Assembly (NCBI RefSeq): GCF_000195955.2
Contig: NC_000962.3
Coordinates: 180,001-212,000, forward strand
Length of the DNA stretch: 32,000 nt
Direction of reading: 5' to 3'
Source: Mycobacterium tuberculosis H37Rv
GTDB taxonomy: Bacteria > Actinomycetota > Actinomycetes > Mycobacteriales > Mycobacteriaceae
Part shown: in pieces, positions 1 through 7,432 of the stretch
Layout of the letters: the number at the start of each line of letters is the position of its first letter
Numbering within the stretch: position 1 is the first letter of the stretch
Notes under the pieces: generated by a model
What the model was told of the DNA's origin: nothing
The model's input: only the letters and a program-made list of their open reading frames with translations
Databases searched by the model: none
Made by a program: the position numbers and the translations under genes

Positions 1-896
1 CGGATGATGTAGTAGTCGGTGACCCCCGTATAGCCCGGCGACGTCGGTAATTTAGTAGCGCCCTCGACCTGCGCGGGCGTGAGGTCCAAATACTTGGTGT
101 GTACGAATGTGATGCCTGCAACCGCGTTGAGGTCGGAAATGAAGTTGAGCGGGTATCGCGAGAAGTCGGCGAACCCGTCGTACTCGAGCGTGTAGATGGC
201 CGTCGGATAGATCGTGTCCGAGGGCGTTGCGCCATAGAACGTCAGGTCCAGAGTCGGAAGCGTCAGATCCGGGAACCGCGCGAGCATACCGCCATTGGGG
301 TTCATTTCATTGCCGACAAGCACGAAATTGAGGTCGCTCGCCGAAGGTGCGGCCCCGCCCATCGCCGTGAACCTCTGCATCTCCAGCGACGCGATTATGG
401 CGCTTTGCGACCAGCCGAAAACGGTGACCGCGTTTCCGGTGGTCGCGAGCTCTACCATGATCGCGTCGTGCAAGATGGTCAAGCCCTCTTCCACTGACGT
501 GTTGAGGACCAAACTTCTGACACCGGTGAGTGGGTACAACTCTTCGGGTGTGAAGACGGCTTGTAGCGCCCGCCGAACGGACCTACAGCGTATTGGCGGC
601 GTCAACATAGACGGCGGTGGTAGTGGAATTCCGGTGGGCCCAAAGAACAAGGTGGTCAAGTTCGCCGGGAATGGCGGAATCATCGCGGCCGCCGCGGGGG
701 TTGGTGCGGCGGCGGGCACAGCCAGCTGATTTTGCCGGGTGCTGGCGATGGCGGCCTCGGCATCTGCGTAGCTGTTCGCCGCGGCGGCCAACGTCTGGTG
801 GAACCTAACTGTGAAACGCCTCGACTTGAGCGAGCACGGCCTGGTATTCCTGGCCGTATGCGCCGAACGGTTTCGCGATGGCGGCCGACACCTCAT
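1..896 (-). CDS. PE2: PE2-like PE-family protein body (linker plus PE-PPE / alpha-beta-hydrolase-like C-terminal domain). The 3' end lies beyond the window start, and the real PE N-terminus is in another frame.
   Basis: Hand translation of the minus-strand frame containing ATG 896-894 is open down to position 1. It reads ...FTVRFHQTLAAAANSYADAEAA...VFTPEELYPLTG...VTVFGWSQSAIIASLE...LPTSPGYTGVTDYYI, colinear with the PE3 and PE4 ORFs in this window. It is absent from the ORF track only because it runs off the edge. Confidence 0.75.
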   Translation of the reverse strand, partial: MRCRPPSRNRSAHTARNTRPCSLKSRRFTVRFHQTLAAAANSYADAEAAIASTRQNQLAVPAAAPTPAAAAMIPPFPANLTTLFFGPTGIPLPPPSMLTPPIRCRSVRRALQAVFTPEELYPLTGVRSLVLNTSVEEGLTILHDAIMVELATTGNAVTVFGWSQSAIIASLEMQRFTAMGGAAPSASDLNFVLVGNEMNPNGGMLARFPDLTLPTLDLTFYGATPSDTIYPTAIYTLEYDGFADFSRYPLNFISDLNAVAGITFVHTKYLDLTPAQVEGATKLPTSPGYTGVTDYYII

Positions 897-1029
897 CGCC
901 GGCCGCCGCGGCCAGTGCACACGTCGGGCCTGCCGCGGCCGCGCCGGCCGTACTCACGGCCGAACCGATTCCTGCCACCTCGGCGGCGGCCGCCGCTACG
1001 ATCCGCGGCTCAGCGATCAGATACGACAT
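805..1029 (-). pseudogene. PE2: PE-domain N-terminal fragment (74 aa) belonging to PE2 but out of frame with the gene body
   Basis: ORF track 805..1029. MSYLIAEPRIVAAAAAEVAGIGSAVSTAGAAAAGPTCALAAAAGDEVSAAIAKPFGAYGQEYQAVLAQVEAFHS is a canonical PE N-terminus, highly similar to the first ~74 aa of PE3 and PE4. It ends at TAG 805-807, while the homology continues in the adjacent frame. Confidence 0.8.
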
Positions 1030-1154
1030 CGTCTCACTCCCCTAGCACCAGGTGTCGGCCAACCGGGTCAACCCGGGGTTTTGGTCAGCCCAGAGCGGTC
1101 CCGCTGCCCTGGTGGTCGCTTACGCGAATCGGATTCGCGCGAAAGCGTTTCCCC

Positions 1155-1985
1155 TCATCCGAGCAGCACCCCGCGCATCCGGTTGACTGTGGCCTGGCTG
1201 ATACCGGCGTCGCGCAGGTAGCCGCCCAGCGATCCGTAGGTCTCGTCAATGGTCTGGCGTGCGGCGGCCAGGTACTCCGCGCGGACACCCAGGACCCCGT
1301 CGGACAGCCGGGCCTTGGTGAACGTCACCACCTCGGGTGCCAGTTCGGTGTCGAAACGCTGCTGGATCATCTCGGAGATCCGGGCCCGCAGTTGTGGCAC
1401 GGAGTCGTTGCTGCGCAGGTAGTCGGCGACGATGACGTCGCGGTCCAGGCCGACCGCTTCAAGCACCAGCGCGACCACGAAGCCGGTGCGATCCTTACCC
1501 GCGAAGCAGTGGGTGAGCACCGGGCGTCCGGCGGCAAGCAGTGTGACGACACGATGTAGCGCGCGCTGTGCTCCATTGCGCGTTGGGAATTGGCGATACT
1601 CGTCGGTCATGTAGCGGGTGGCCGCGTCATTTATCGACTGGCTGGATTCGCCGGACTCGCCGTTGGACCCGTCATTGGTTAGCAGCCTCTTGAATGCGGT
1701 TTCGTGCGGCGCTGAGTCGTCGGCGTCATCATCGGCGAGGTCGGGGAACGGCAGCAGGTGGACGTCGATGCCGTCCGGAACCCGTCCTGGACCGCGGCGG
1801 GCAACCTCCCGGGACGACCGCAGGTCGGCAACGTCGGTGATCCCCAGCCGGCGCAGCGTTGCCCGGCCGGCGTCGTCGAGGCGGCTCAGCTCGCTGGACC
1901 GGAACAGCCGCCCCGGCCGCAATGCGGTTGCGGTGTCGGCGACGTCACGAAAGTTCCACGCGCCCGGCAGTTCACGGACAGCCAT
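1155..1985 (-). CDS. ptpB: Secreted phosphotyrosine/phosphoinositide phosphatase PtpB
   Basis: ORF 1155..2174. The CX5R P-loop HCFAGKDRTG is present. Start ATG 1985-1983 (MAVRELPGAWNFRDV) is chosen because the upstream ORF extension overlaps fadE2 and is Arg/Pro/Ser-rich. There is a 1-nt gap to the fadE2 stop. Confidence 0.9.
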   Translation of the reverse strand: MAVRELPGAWNFRDVADTATALRPGRLFRSSELSRLDDAGRATLRRLGITDVADLRSSREVARRGPGRVPDGIDVHLLPFPDLADDDADDSAPHETAFKRLLTNDGSNGESGESSQSINDAATRYMTDEYRQFPTRNGAQRALHRVVTLLAAGRPVLTHCFAGKDRTGFVVALVLEAVGLDRDVIVADYLRSNDSVPQLRARISEMIQQRFDTELAPEVVTFTKARLSDGVLGVRAEYLAAARQTIDETYGSLGGYLRDAGISQATVNRMRGVLLG

Positions 1986-1986
1986 C

Positions 1987-3198
1987 TCAGGTGACCGCCG
2001 CAGCGAAGGTGGACTTCTCCCTCGACAGCTCGGCGCGGGCGATGGAGCGCAGGTGCACCTCGTCGGGACCGTCGAAGATGCGCATGGCGCGGTGCCAGCC
2101 GTACAACCGGGCCAGCGGGGTGTCGTCGCTGACGCCGGCGGCCCCGTGGACCTGGATTGCGCGGTCGATGACATCGCAGGCCACCCGCGGGGCCACCGCC
2201 TTGATCATGGCGACCAGGTGGCGCGCCTCTTTGTTGCCATGTTGGTCGATTGTCCACGCCGCCTTTTCGCACAGCAGCCTTGCCTGGTCGATTTCGTTGC
2301 GGGACTGAGCAATCGCCTGTTGCACGACGCCCTGTTCGGCTAGCGGACGGCCGAACGCCACCCGGTTGCGGACGCGATTCACCATGAGTGCCAAGGCGCG
2401 TTCGGCCGCGCCCAGCGCACGCATGCAGTGGTGGATACGGCCCGGCCCCAGCCGGGCCTGGGCTATGGCGAATCCGCTGCCCTCTTCGCCGAGCAGGTTG
2501 GTGGCCGGGACCCGGACGTTGTGGTAGTCGATCTCGCAGTGGCCGTGCCGGTCCTGCCAGCCGAACACCGGTGTGGAGCGAACGATCGTCACGCCGGGGG
2601 TGTCGATCGGGACGAGGACCATCGACTGCTGTTGGTGGGCGGCTGCGTCCGGGTTGGTGCGGCCCATCACGATGAGGATCTTGCACCGCGGGTCCGCCGC
2701 TCCCGACGTCCACCACTTACGGCCGTTGATGACGTAGTCGGCACCGTCCCGGGAGATGGTGGTTTCGATGTTGCGGGCGTCGCTGCTGGCCACCGCCGGC
2801 TCGGTCATCGAGAAGGCGCTGCGGATCTTGCCGTCGAGCAGCGGCCGCAGCCATTGCGCCCGTTGCTGCTCGGTGCCGAACATGTGCAGGATCTCCATGT
2901 TGCCGGTGTCCGGTGCGGCGCAGTTGAGTGCCTCGGGCGCGATTTCCATGCTCCATCCGGTCATTTCGGCCAGCGGCGCGTACTCCAGGTTGGTCAATCC
3001 CGACTCGGCCGACAGGAATAGGTTCCACAGGCCGCGGTCTTTGGCCTTGGTTTTCAGTTCCTCGATGATCGGCGGCGCGGTGTGGTCGGCCGGTCCGGCC
3101 GCGCGGCGATAGTCGTCGTAATCGGCCTCAGCGCCGAAGACGTGCTCGGTCATGAAGTCGGACAACCGCGTGCGGTAGTCGATGGCCTTGGCCGACAT
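1987..3198 (-). CDS. fadE2: Acyl-CoA dehydrogenase FadE2
   Basis: ORF 1987..3582 has an acyl-CoA dehydrogenase fold throughout (…ILIVMGRTNP…, …RIFDGPDEVHLRSIARAEL). Start at ATG 3198 (MSAKAIDYRT) or ATG 3210 (MDFAMSAK). The further 5' extension is low-complexity and was rejected. Confidence 0.9.
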   Translation of the reverse strand: MSAKAIDYRTRLSDFMTEHVFGAEADYDDYRRAAGPADHTAPPIIEELKTKAKDRGLWNLFLSAESGLTNLEYAPLAEMTGWSMEIAPEALNCAAPDTGNMEILHMFGTEQQRAQWLRPLLDGKIRSAFSMTEPAVASSDARNIETTISRDGADYVINGRKWWTSGAADPRCKILIVMGRTNPDAAAHQQQSMVLVPIDTPGVTIVRSTPVFGWQDRHGHCEIDYHNVRVPATNLLGEEGSGFAIAQARLGPGRIHHCMRALGAAERALALMVNRVRNRVAFGRPLAEQGVVQQAIAQSRNEIDQARLLCEKAAWTIDQHGNKEARHLVAMIKAVAPRVACDVIDRAIQVHGAAGVSDDTPLARLYGWHRAMRIFDGPDEVHLRSIARAELSREKSTFAAAVT

Positions 3199-3296
3199 CG
3201 CGAAGTCCATTCCGCCACGATATCTACCGGCGCTAGCAGACGCATAAGTCCCTCGACACGCCGACGAGAAGGGGGTTTTGCGTCTGCTCGCCGTCG

Positions 3297-3561
3297 TTTC
3301 GTGCCACCGTTCAACTGACCCGCAAGTGGCAGCGCGAGCTCGACTATTCGCTACGCAAGAGTTTGTGGAGCTTCCACGACAACCGCATTGCGATGCGGTT
3401 CCAGTACGAATCCCGTGACCGCAACGGCCAGTGGTATCGCAGCTACGGCACCGAACTGTGGCGAAGCCAGCATCAACGACGTGCCGATCGCCGAATCCGA
3501 GCGTCGCTACCTCGGTGCGCGCTCGGCATCCGAGTATGGCCAGGAAATACCGCTCTGGTAG
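3297..3561 (+). pseudogene. Relic of a DUF1348-family (SnoaL/NTF2-like) gene, N-terminally truncated with an internal deletion and frameshift
   Basis: Frame 1 (3297-3461) reads [55 protein letters not shown]. Frame 2 (3466-3558, stop 3559-3561) reads [17 protein letters not shown]... Both match my recollection of the DUF1348 consensus (FLTRKW.KELDYRL.KELWAF..NRIAVRF.YE..D..G.W.RSYGNE.WEF...ASIND.PI...ER). About 12 consensus residues are missing at the frame junction, and roughly 55 N-terminal residues are missing. Confidence 0.55.
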
Positions 3562-3621
3562 CCCGGTAGGGTGTCTGAGCAAATCTATCGGCGTTCAGTA
3601 AGGAAAGTGGATGTACGCGCC

Positions 3622-4722
3622 ATGACAGATCCGCAGACGCAGAGCACCAGGGTCGGGGTGGTTGCCGAGTCGGGGCCCGACGAACGACGGGTCGCGCTGG
3701 TTCCCAAGGCGGTCGCGTCGCTGGTGAACCGTGGTGTGGCGGTCGTGGTCGAGGCCGGTGCGGGCGAGCGCGCGCTGCTTCCCGATGAGCTCTACACCGC
3801 TGTCGGTGCCAGCATCGGGGATGCTTGGGCCGCCGACGTCGTTGTCAAGGTCGCGCCGCCGACGGCGGCGGAGGTCGGCCGGTTGCGCGGTGGGCAGACA
3901 CTGATCGGCTTTCTAGCGCCCCGTAATGCTGACAACTCGATCGGCGCGCTGACCCAGGCCGGGGTGCAGGCGTTCGCGCTCGAGGCCATCCCGCGCATCT
4001 CGCGGGCGCAGGTGATGGACGCGCTGTCGTCGCAAGCCAACGTGTCTGGGTATAAGGCTGTGCTGCTCGCGGCCTCGGAATCGACCCGGTTCTTTCCGAT
4101 GCTGACGACGGCGGCCGGAACGGTGAAGCCGGCCACGGTGCTGGTGCTCGGCGTCGGCGTGGCCGGCCTGCAGGCGCTGGCGACGGCCAAACGGCTAGGC
4201 GCGCGCACCACGGGCTACGATGTGCGTCCCGAGGTGGCCGACCAGGTCCGATCGGTGGGCGCTCAATGGCTTGATTTGGGCATCTCAGCGTCCGGTGAGG
4301 GCGGTTACGCCCGCGAACTGACCGACGACGAGCGCGCCCAGCAGCAAAAGGCATTGGAAGAAGCGATCAGTGGCTTCGACGTGGTGATCACCACCGCGCT
4401 GGTGCCGGGCCGCCCGGCGCCAACGTTGGTGACCGCCGCTGCAGTGGAAGCGATGAAGCCTGGCAGCGTGGTGGTGGATCTCGCCGGCGAGACGGGCGGC
4501 AACTGCGAATTGACCGAGCCCGGCCGGACAGTCGTCAAGCACGACGTCACCATTGCCGCACCGCTGAACCTGCCGGCCACGATGCCCGAGCACGCCAGCG
4601 AGCTCTACAGCAAGAACATCACCGCGCTACTCGACTTGTTGATCAAAGACGGCAGGCTGGCCCCGGACTTCGACGACGAGGTGATTGCCCAGTCGTGTGT
4701 CACCCGCGGGAAGGACTCCTAG
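3622..4722 (+). CDS. pntAa: NAD(P) transhydrogenase subunit alpha part 1 (dI, NAD(H)-binding)
   Basis: ORF 3571..4722 has the alanine-dehydrogenase/PNT fold and a Rossmann motif VLVLGVGVAGLQA. Start ATG 3622 (MTDPQTQSTRVGVVAE) places the conserved N-terminal beta-strand about 10 aa in. The stop abuts the pntAb ATG. Confidence 0.9.
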   Translation: MTDPQTQSTRVGVVAESGPDERRVALVPKAVASLVNRGVAVVVEAGAGERALLPDELYTAVGASIGDAWAADVVVKVAPPTAAEVGRLRGGQTLIGFLAPRNADNSIGALTQAGVQAFALEAIPRISRAQVMDALSSQANVSGYKAVLLAASESTRFFPMLTTAAGTVKPATVLVLGVGVAGLQALATAKRLGARTTGYDVRPEVADQVRSVGAQWLDLGISASGEGGYARELTDDERAQQQKALEEAISGFDVVITTALVPGRPAPTLVTAAAVEAMKPGSVVVDLAGETGGNCELTEPGRTVVKHDVTIAAPLNLPATMPEHASELYSKNITALLDLLIKDGRLAPDFDDEVIAQSCVTRGKDS

Positions 4723-5055
4723 ATGTACAACGAATTGTTGGAGAACCTGGCGATCCTGGTGCTGTCCGGATTCGTCGGGTTCGCGGTGATCTCGAAAGTG
4801 CCCAACACGTTGCACACCCCGCTGATGTCAGGAACCAACGCCATCCACGGCATTGTCGTTCTCGGCGCGCTGGTGGTTTTCGGCGAAATTGAGCACCCAT
4901 CGCTCGTGTTGCAGGTCATCCTGTTCGTCGCGGTGGTGTTCGGCACGCTGAACGTCATCGGCGGATTCATCGTCACCGACCGAATGCTCGGCATGTTCAA
5001 GGCCAAGAAGCCCGCCGTGCCAGCCAAGCCCGACCGCGACGAGGCGCTCCGATGA
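4723..5055 (+). CDS. pntAb: NAD(P) transhydrogenase subunit alpha part 2 (membrane, dII)
   Basis: 110-aa hydrophobic ORF with multiple TM helices, located between pntAa and pntB. The ATGA overlap with the pntB start marks a split-alpha pnt operon. Confidence 0.9.
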   Translation: MYNELLENLAILVLSGFVGFAVISKVPNTLHTPLMSGTNAIHGIVVLGALVVFGEIEHPSLVLQVILFVAVVFGTLNVIGGFIVTDRMLGMFKAKKPAVPAKPDRDEALR

Positions 5056-6479
5056 ACCTGCACTACCTGGTCGAGATTCTCTACATCATCTCCTTTTCAC
5101 TCTTCATCTACGGGTTGATGGGGCTCACCGGCCCCAAGACCGCGGTGCGCGGGAACCTGATCGCCGCGGCCGGCATGACCATCGCCGTGGCGGCCACGTT
5201 GGTCATGATCCGACACACCAGCCAATGGCCGCTGATCATCGCCGGTCTGGTGGTGGGTGTTGTGCTCGGTGTGCCGCCGGCGCGACTGACCAAGATGACC
5301 GCCATGCCGCAGCTGGTGGCATTCTTCAACGGCGTGGGCGGAGGAACGGTCGCACTCATCGCGCTGTCGGAGTTCATCGATACCACCGGCTTTTCCGCAT
5401 TCCAGCACGGCGAGTCGCCGACCGTGCACATCGTGGTGGCCTCATTGTTCGCCGCGATCATCGGGTCGATCTCGTTCTGGGGGTCTATCGTCGCGTTCGG
5501 CAAGTTGCAGGAGATCATCTCCGGGCGGCCGATCGGACTCGGCAAGGCGCAGCAGCCGATCAACCTGTTGCTGCTGGCCGTGGCCGTGGCCGCCGCCGTG
5601 GTGATCGGACTGCACGCGCATCCCGGGAGCGGTGGGGTCGCATTGTGGTGGATGATCGGCCTGTTGGTCGCCGCCGGCGTGCTGGGTCTGATGGTGGTGT
5701 TGCCGATCGGTGGCGCCGACATGCCGGTGGTCATCTCGATGCTCAACGCCATGACCGGCCTGTCGGCCGCGGCGGCGGGTCTGGCGTTGAACAACACCGC
5801 GATGATCGTGGCCGGCATGATCGTCGGCGCGTCCGGCTCGATCCTGACCAACCTGATGGCTAAGGCGATGAACCGCTCCATTCCGGCGATCGTCGCGGGC
5901 GGTTTCGGCGGCGGCGGTGTGGCGCCCAGTGGCGGCGGCGACGACAAACACGTCAAGGCCACTTCGGCCGCCGATGCCGCGATCCAGATGGCATACGCCA
6001 ATCAGGTGATCGTGGTGCCCGGCTACGGGTTGGCCGTCGCGCAGGCGCAGCATGCGGTGAAGGACCTGGCAACCTTGCTGGAGGACAGGGGTGTGCCGGT
6101 CAAGTACGCGATTCACCCGGTCGCCGGCCGGATGCCCGGGCATATGAACGTGCTGCTGGCCGAGGCCGAAGTCGACTACGACGCGATGAAGGACATGGAC
6201 GACATCAACGACGAGTTCGCCCGCACCGACGTCACCATCGTGATCGGCGCCAACGACGTCACCAACCCGGCGGCCCGCAACGAGACGTCCAGCCCGATCT
6301 ACGGCATGCCGATCCTCAACGTGGACAAGTCGAGGTCGGTGATCGTGCTCAAACGGTCGATGAATTCCGGGTTCGCCGGCATCGACAACCCGCTGTTCTA
6401 CGCCGACGGCACCACTATGTTGTTCGGTGATGCGAAGAAATCGGTGACCGAAGTCTCCGAGGAACTCAAGGCGTTGTAG
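5052..6479 (+). CDS. pntB: NAD(P) transhydrogenase subunit beta (dII membrane + dIII NADP(H)-binding)
   Basis: 475-aa ORF with a polytopic N-terminal region. The C-terminal soluble domain carries VPGYGLAVAQAQH...IGANDVTNPAA, typical of PntB. Confidence 0.92.
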   Translation: MNLHYLVEILYIISFSLFIYGLMGLTGPKTAVRGNLIAAAGMTIAVAATLVMIRHTSQWPLIIAGLVVGVVLGVPPARLTKMTAMPQLVAFFNGVGGGTVALIALSEFIDTTGFSAFQHGESPTVHIVVASLFAAIIGSISFWGSIVAFGKLQEIISGRPIGLGKAQQPINLLLLAVAVAAAVVIGLHAHPGSGGVALWWMIGLLVAAGVLGLMVVLPIGGADMPVVISMLNAMTGLSAAAAGLALNNTAMIVAGMIVGASGSILTNLMAKAMNRSIPAIVAGGFGGGGVAPSGGGDDKHVKATSAADAAIQMAYANQVIVVPGYGLAVAQAQHAVKDLATLLEDRGVPVKYAIHPVAGRMPGHMNVLLAEAEVDYDAMKDMDDINDEFARTDVTIVIGANDVTNPAARNETSSPIYGMPILNVDKSRSVIVLKRSMNSGFAGIDNPLFYADGTTMLFGDAKKSVTEVSEELKAL

Positions 6480-6494
6480 CGCGCGAGCGCTGGC

Positions 6495-6620
6495 TCAGAC
6501 GGGCGGATACGCCGGCGGCGGGTATCCGTCGCCGGTTTCGACCCCGCGTAGACCCCAGGTGAGGTACCGGAAGAAGAACTCGATTTCGTCGCTCACGTCG
6601 TAGTCAGGACTCGGATCCAT
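6495..6620 (-). CDS. Small conserved-hypothetical ORF (41 aa), convergent with pntB (Rv0157A-like, from memory)
   Basis: Hand translation gives MDPSPDYDVSDEIEFFFRYLTWGLRGVETGDGYPPPAYPPV. G/C at third codon positions is high (32 of 41 codons). A purine-rich GAGAGGG lies about 7 nt upstream of the ATG. It is too short for the ORF track. Confidence 0.45.
   Translation of the reverse strand: MDPSPDYDVSDEIEFFFRYLTWGLRGVETGDGYPPPAYPPV
6504..6528 (+). terminator. Candidate hairpin downstream of pntB (7-bp stem CGGATAC/GTATCCG, 11-nt GC loop)
   Basis: CGGATAC (6504-6510) pairs with GTATCCG (6522-6528). A short TTT follows at 6536-6538. The hairpin lies inside the convergent small ORF 6495-6620. Confidence 0.3.
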
Positions 6621-6681
6621 CACTTCACCCTCTCGACTCGCGACTTGGTTCGCAACGGAGTTTAGTCACATCCGCGCCGGT

Positions 6682-6723
6682 GCGACAGGTTGTCGCCGCC
6701 TTGCCTAAACTGAACAACCAGTT
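6682..6723. promoter_or_regulatory. Two palindromes in the divergent spacer upstream of the TetR gene (candidate operators)
   Basis: GCGACA-ggt-TGTCGC lies at 6682-6696 and AACTG-aacaac-CAGTT at 6708-6723. The second extends to TAAACTG/CAGTTGA with 6 of 7 matches. They sit 60-100 bp upstream of the Rv0158 ATG. Confidence 0.35.
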
Positions 6724-6784
6724 GATTGATACAGCTTCGGCCGGGGCCCATGGGCTCCACCGGCAGCGACGATAGCGAGTAGCG

Positions 6785-7429
6785 ATGCCATCCGACACCA
6801 GCCCCAACGGGCTAAGCCGCCGTGAGGAGTTGCTGGCTGTTGCCACCAAACTATTCGCGGCGCGCGGTTATCACGGCACCCGGATGGACGACGTCGCCGA
6901 TGTGATCGGGCTCAACAAAGCAACGGTCTATCACTACTACGCCAGCAAGTCGCTGATCCTGTTCGACATTTACCGTCAGGCGGCCGAGGGCACCCTGGCC
7001 GCCGTGCACGACGATCCGTCCTGGACGGCCCGTGAAGCGCTGTACCAGTACACGGTCCGGCTGCTCACTGCGATCGCGAGCAACCCCGAGCGGGCCGCCG
7101 TGTACTTCCAGGAGCAGCCCTACATCACCGAGTGGTTCACCAGCGAGCAGGTCGCCGAGGTCCGCGAGAAGGAGCAGCAAGTCTACGAGCACGTACACGG
7201 CCTGATCGACCGCGGGATTGCCAGCGGCGAGTTCTATGAGTGCGACTCGCATGTGGTGGCGCTGGGGTACATCGGGATGACGCTGGGCAGCTACCGCTGG
7301 CTGCGGCCGAGCGGGCGCCGAACGGCCAAGGAGATCGCGGCGGAGTTCAGCACGGCACTGCTGCGCGGGCTGATCCGCGACGAATCGATCCGCAACCAGT
7401 CTCCGCTTGGAACTCGGAAGGAAACGTGA
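6785..7429 (+). CDS. TetR-family transcriptional regulator (Rv0158-like)
   Basis: 214-aa ORF. The N-terminal TetR HTH reads RREELLAVATKLFAARGYHGTRMDDVADVIGLNKATVYHYYASKSLIL, followed by a helical C-terminal ligand domain. Confidence 0.9.
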   Translation: MPSDTSPNGLSRREELLAVATKLFAARGYHGTRMDDVADVIGLNKATVYHYYASKSLILFDIYRQAAEGTLAAVHDDPSWTAREALYQYTVRLLTAIASNPERAAVYFQEQPYITEWFTSEQVAEVREKEQQVYEHVHGLIDRGIASGEFYECDSHVVALGYIGMTLGSYRWLRPSGRRTAKEIAAEFSTALLRGLIRDESIRNQSPLGTRKET

Positions 7430-7432
7430 ACC

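Noticed and set aside
800-815. Programmed ribosomal frameshifting as the explanation for the PE2 (and mce1R, 14305-14320) frame changes
   Set aside because: There is no X-XXY-YYZ slippery heptamer and no obvious downstream pseudoknot or stem at either junction. A mutational indel is the simpler explanation.
732-1559. 275-aa plus-strand ORF across PE2 and ptpB
   Set aside because: Its composition is Arg/Pro/Gly-rich. It is antisense to two well-supported genes, which marks it as a typical GC-rich shadow ORF.
1886-2716. 276-aa minus-strand alternative-frame ORF inside fadE2
   Set aside because: It overlaps the fadE2 coding frame. It is a low-complexity R/P/G-rich translation with no domain-like sequence.
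3199-3582. 5' extension of the fadE2 ORF (531-aa version), and similarly the ptpB extension to 2174
   Set aside because: The extensions lack homology-like sequence and are Arg/Cys/Ser-rich. For fadE2 the extension runs antisense through the DUF1348 relic. The conserved enzyme cores begin at the chosen starts.
5108-6143. Antisense ORFs of 297 and 233 aa opposite pntB
   Set aside because: These are shadow ORFs of a strongly supported membrane-protein gene, with low-complexity Ala/Pro or Arg/His/Asp-rich translations.
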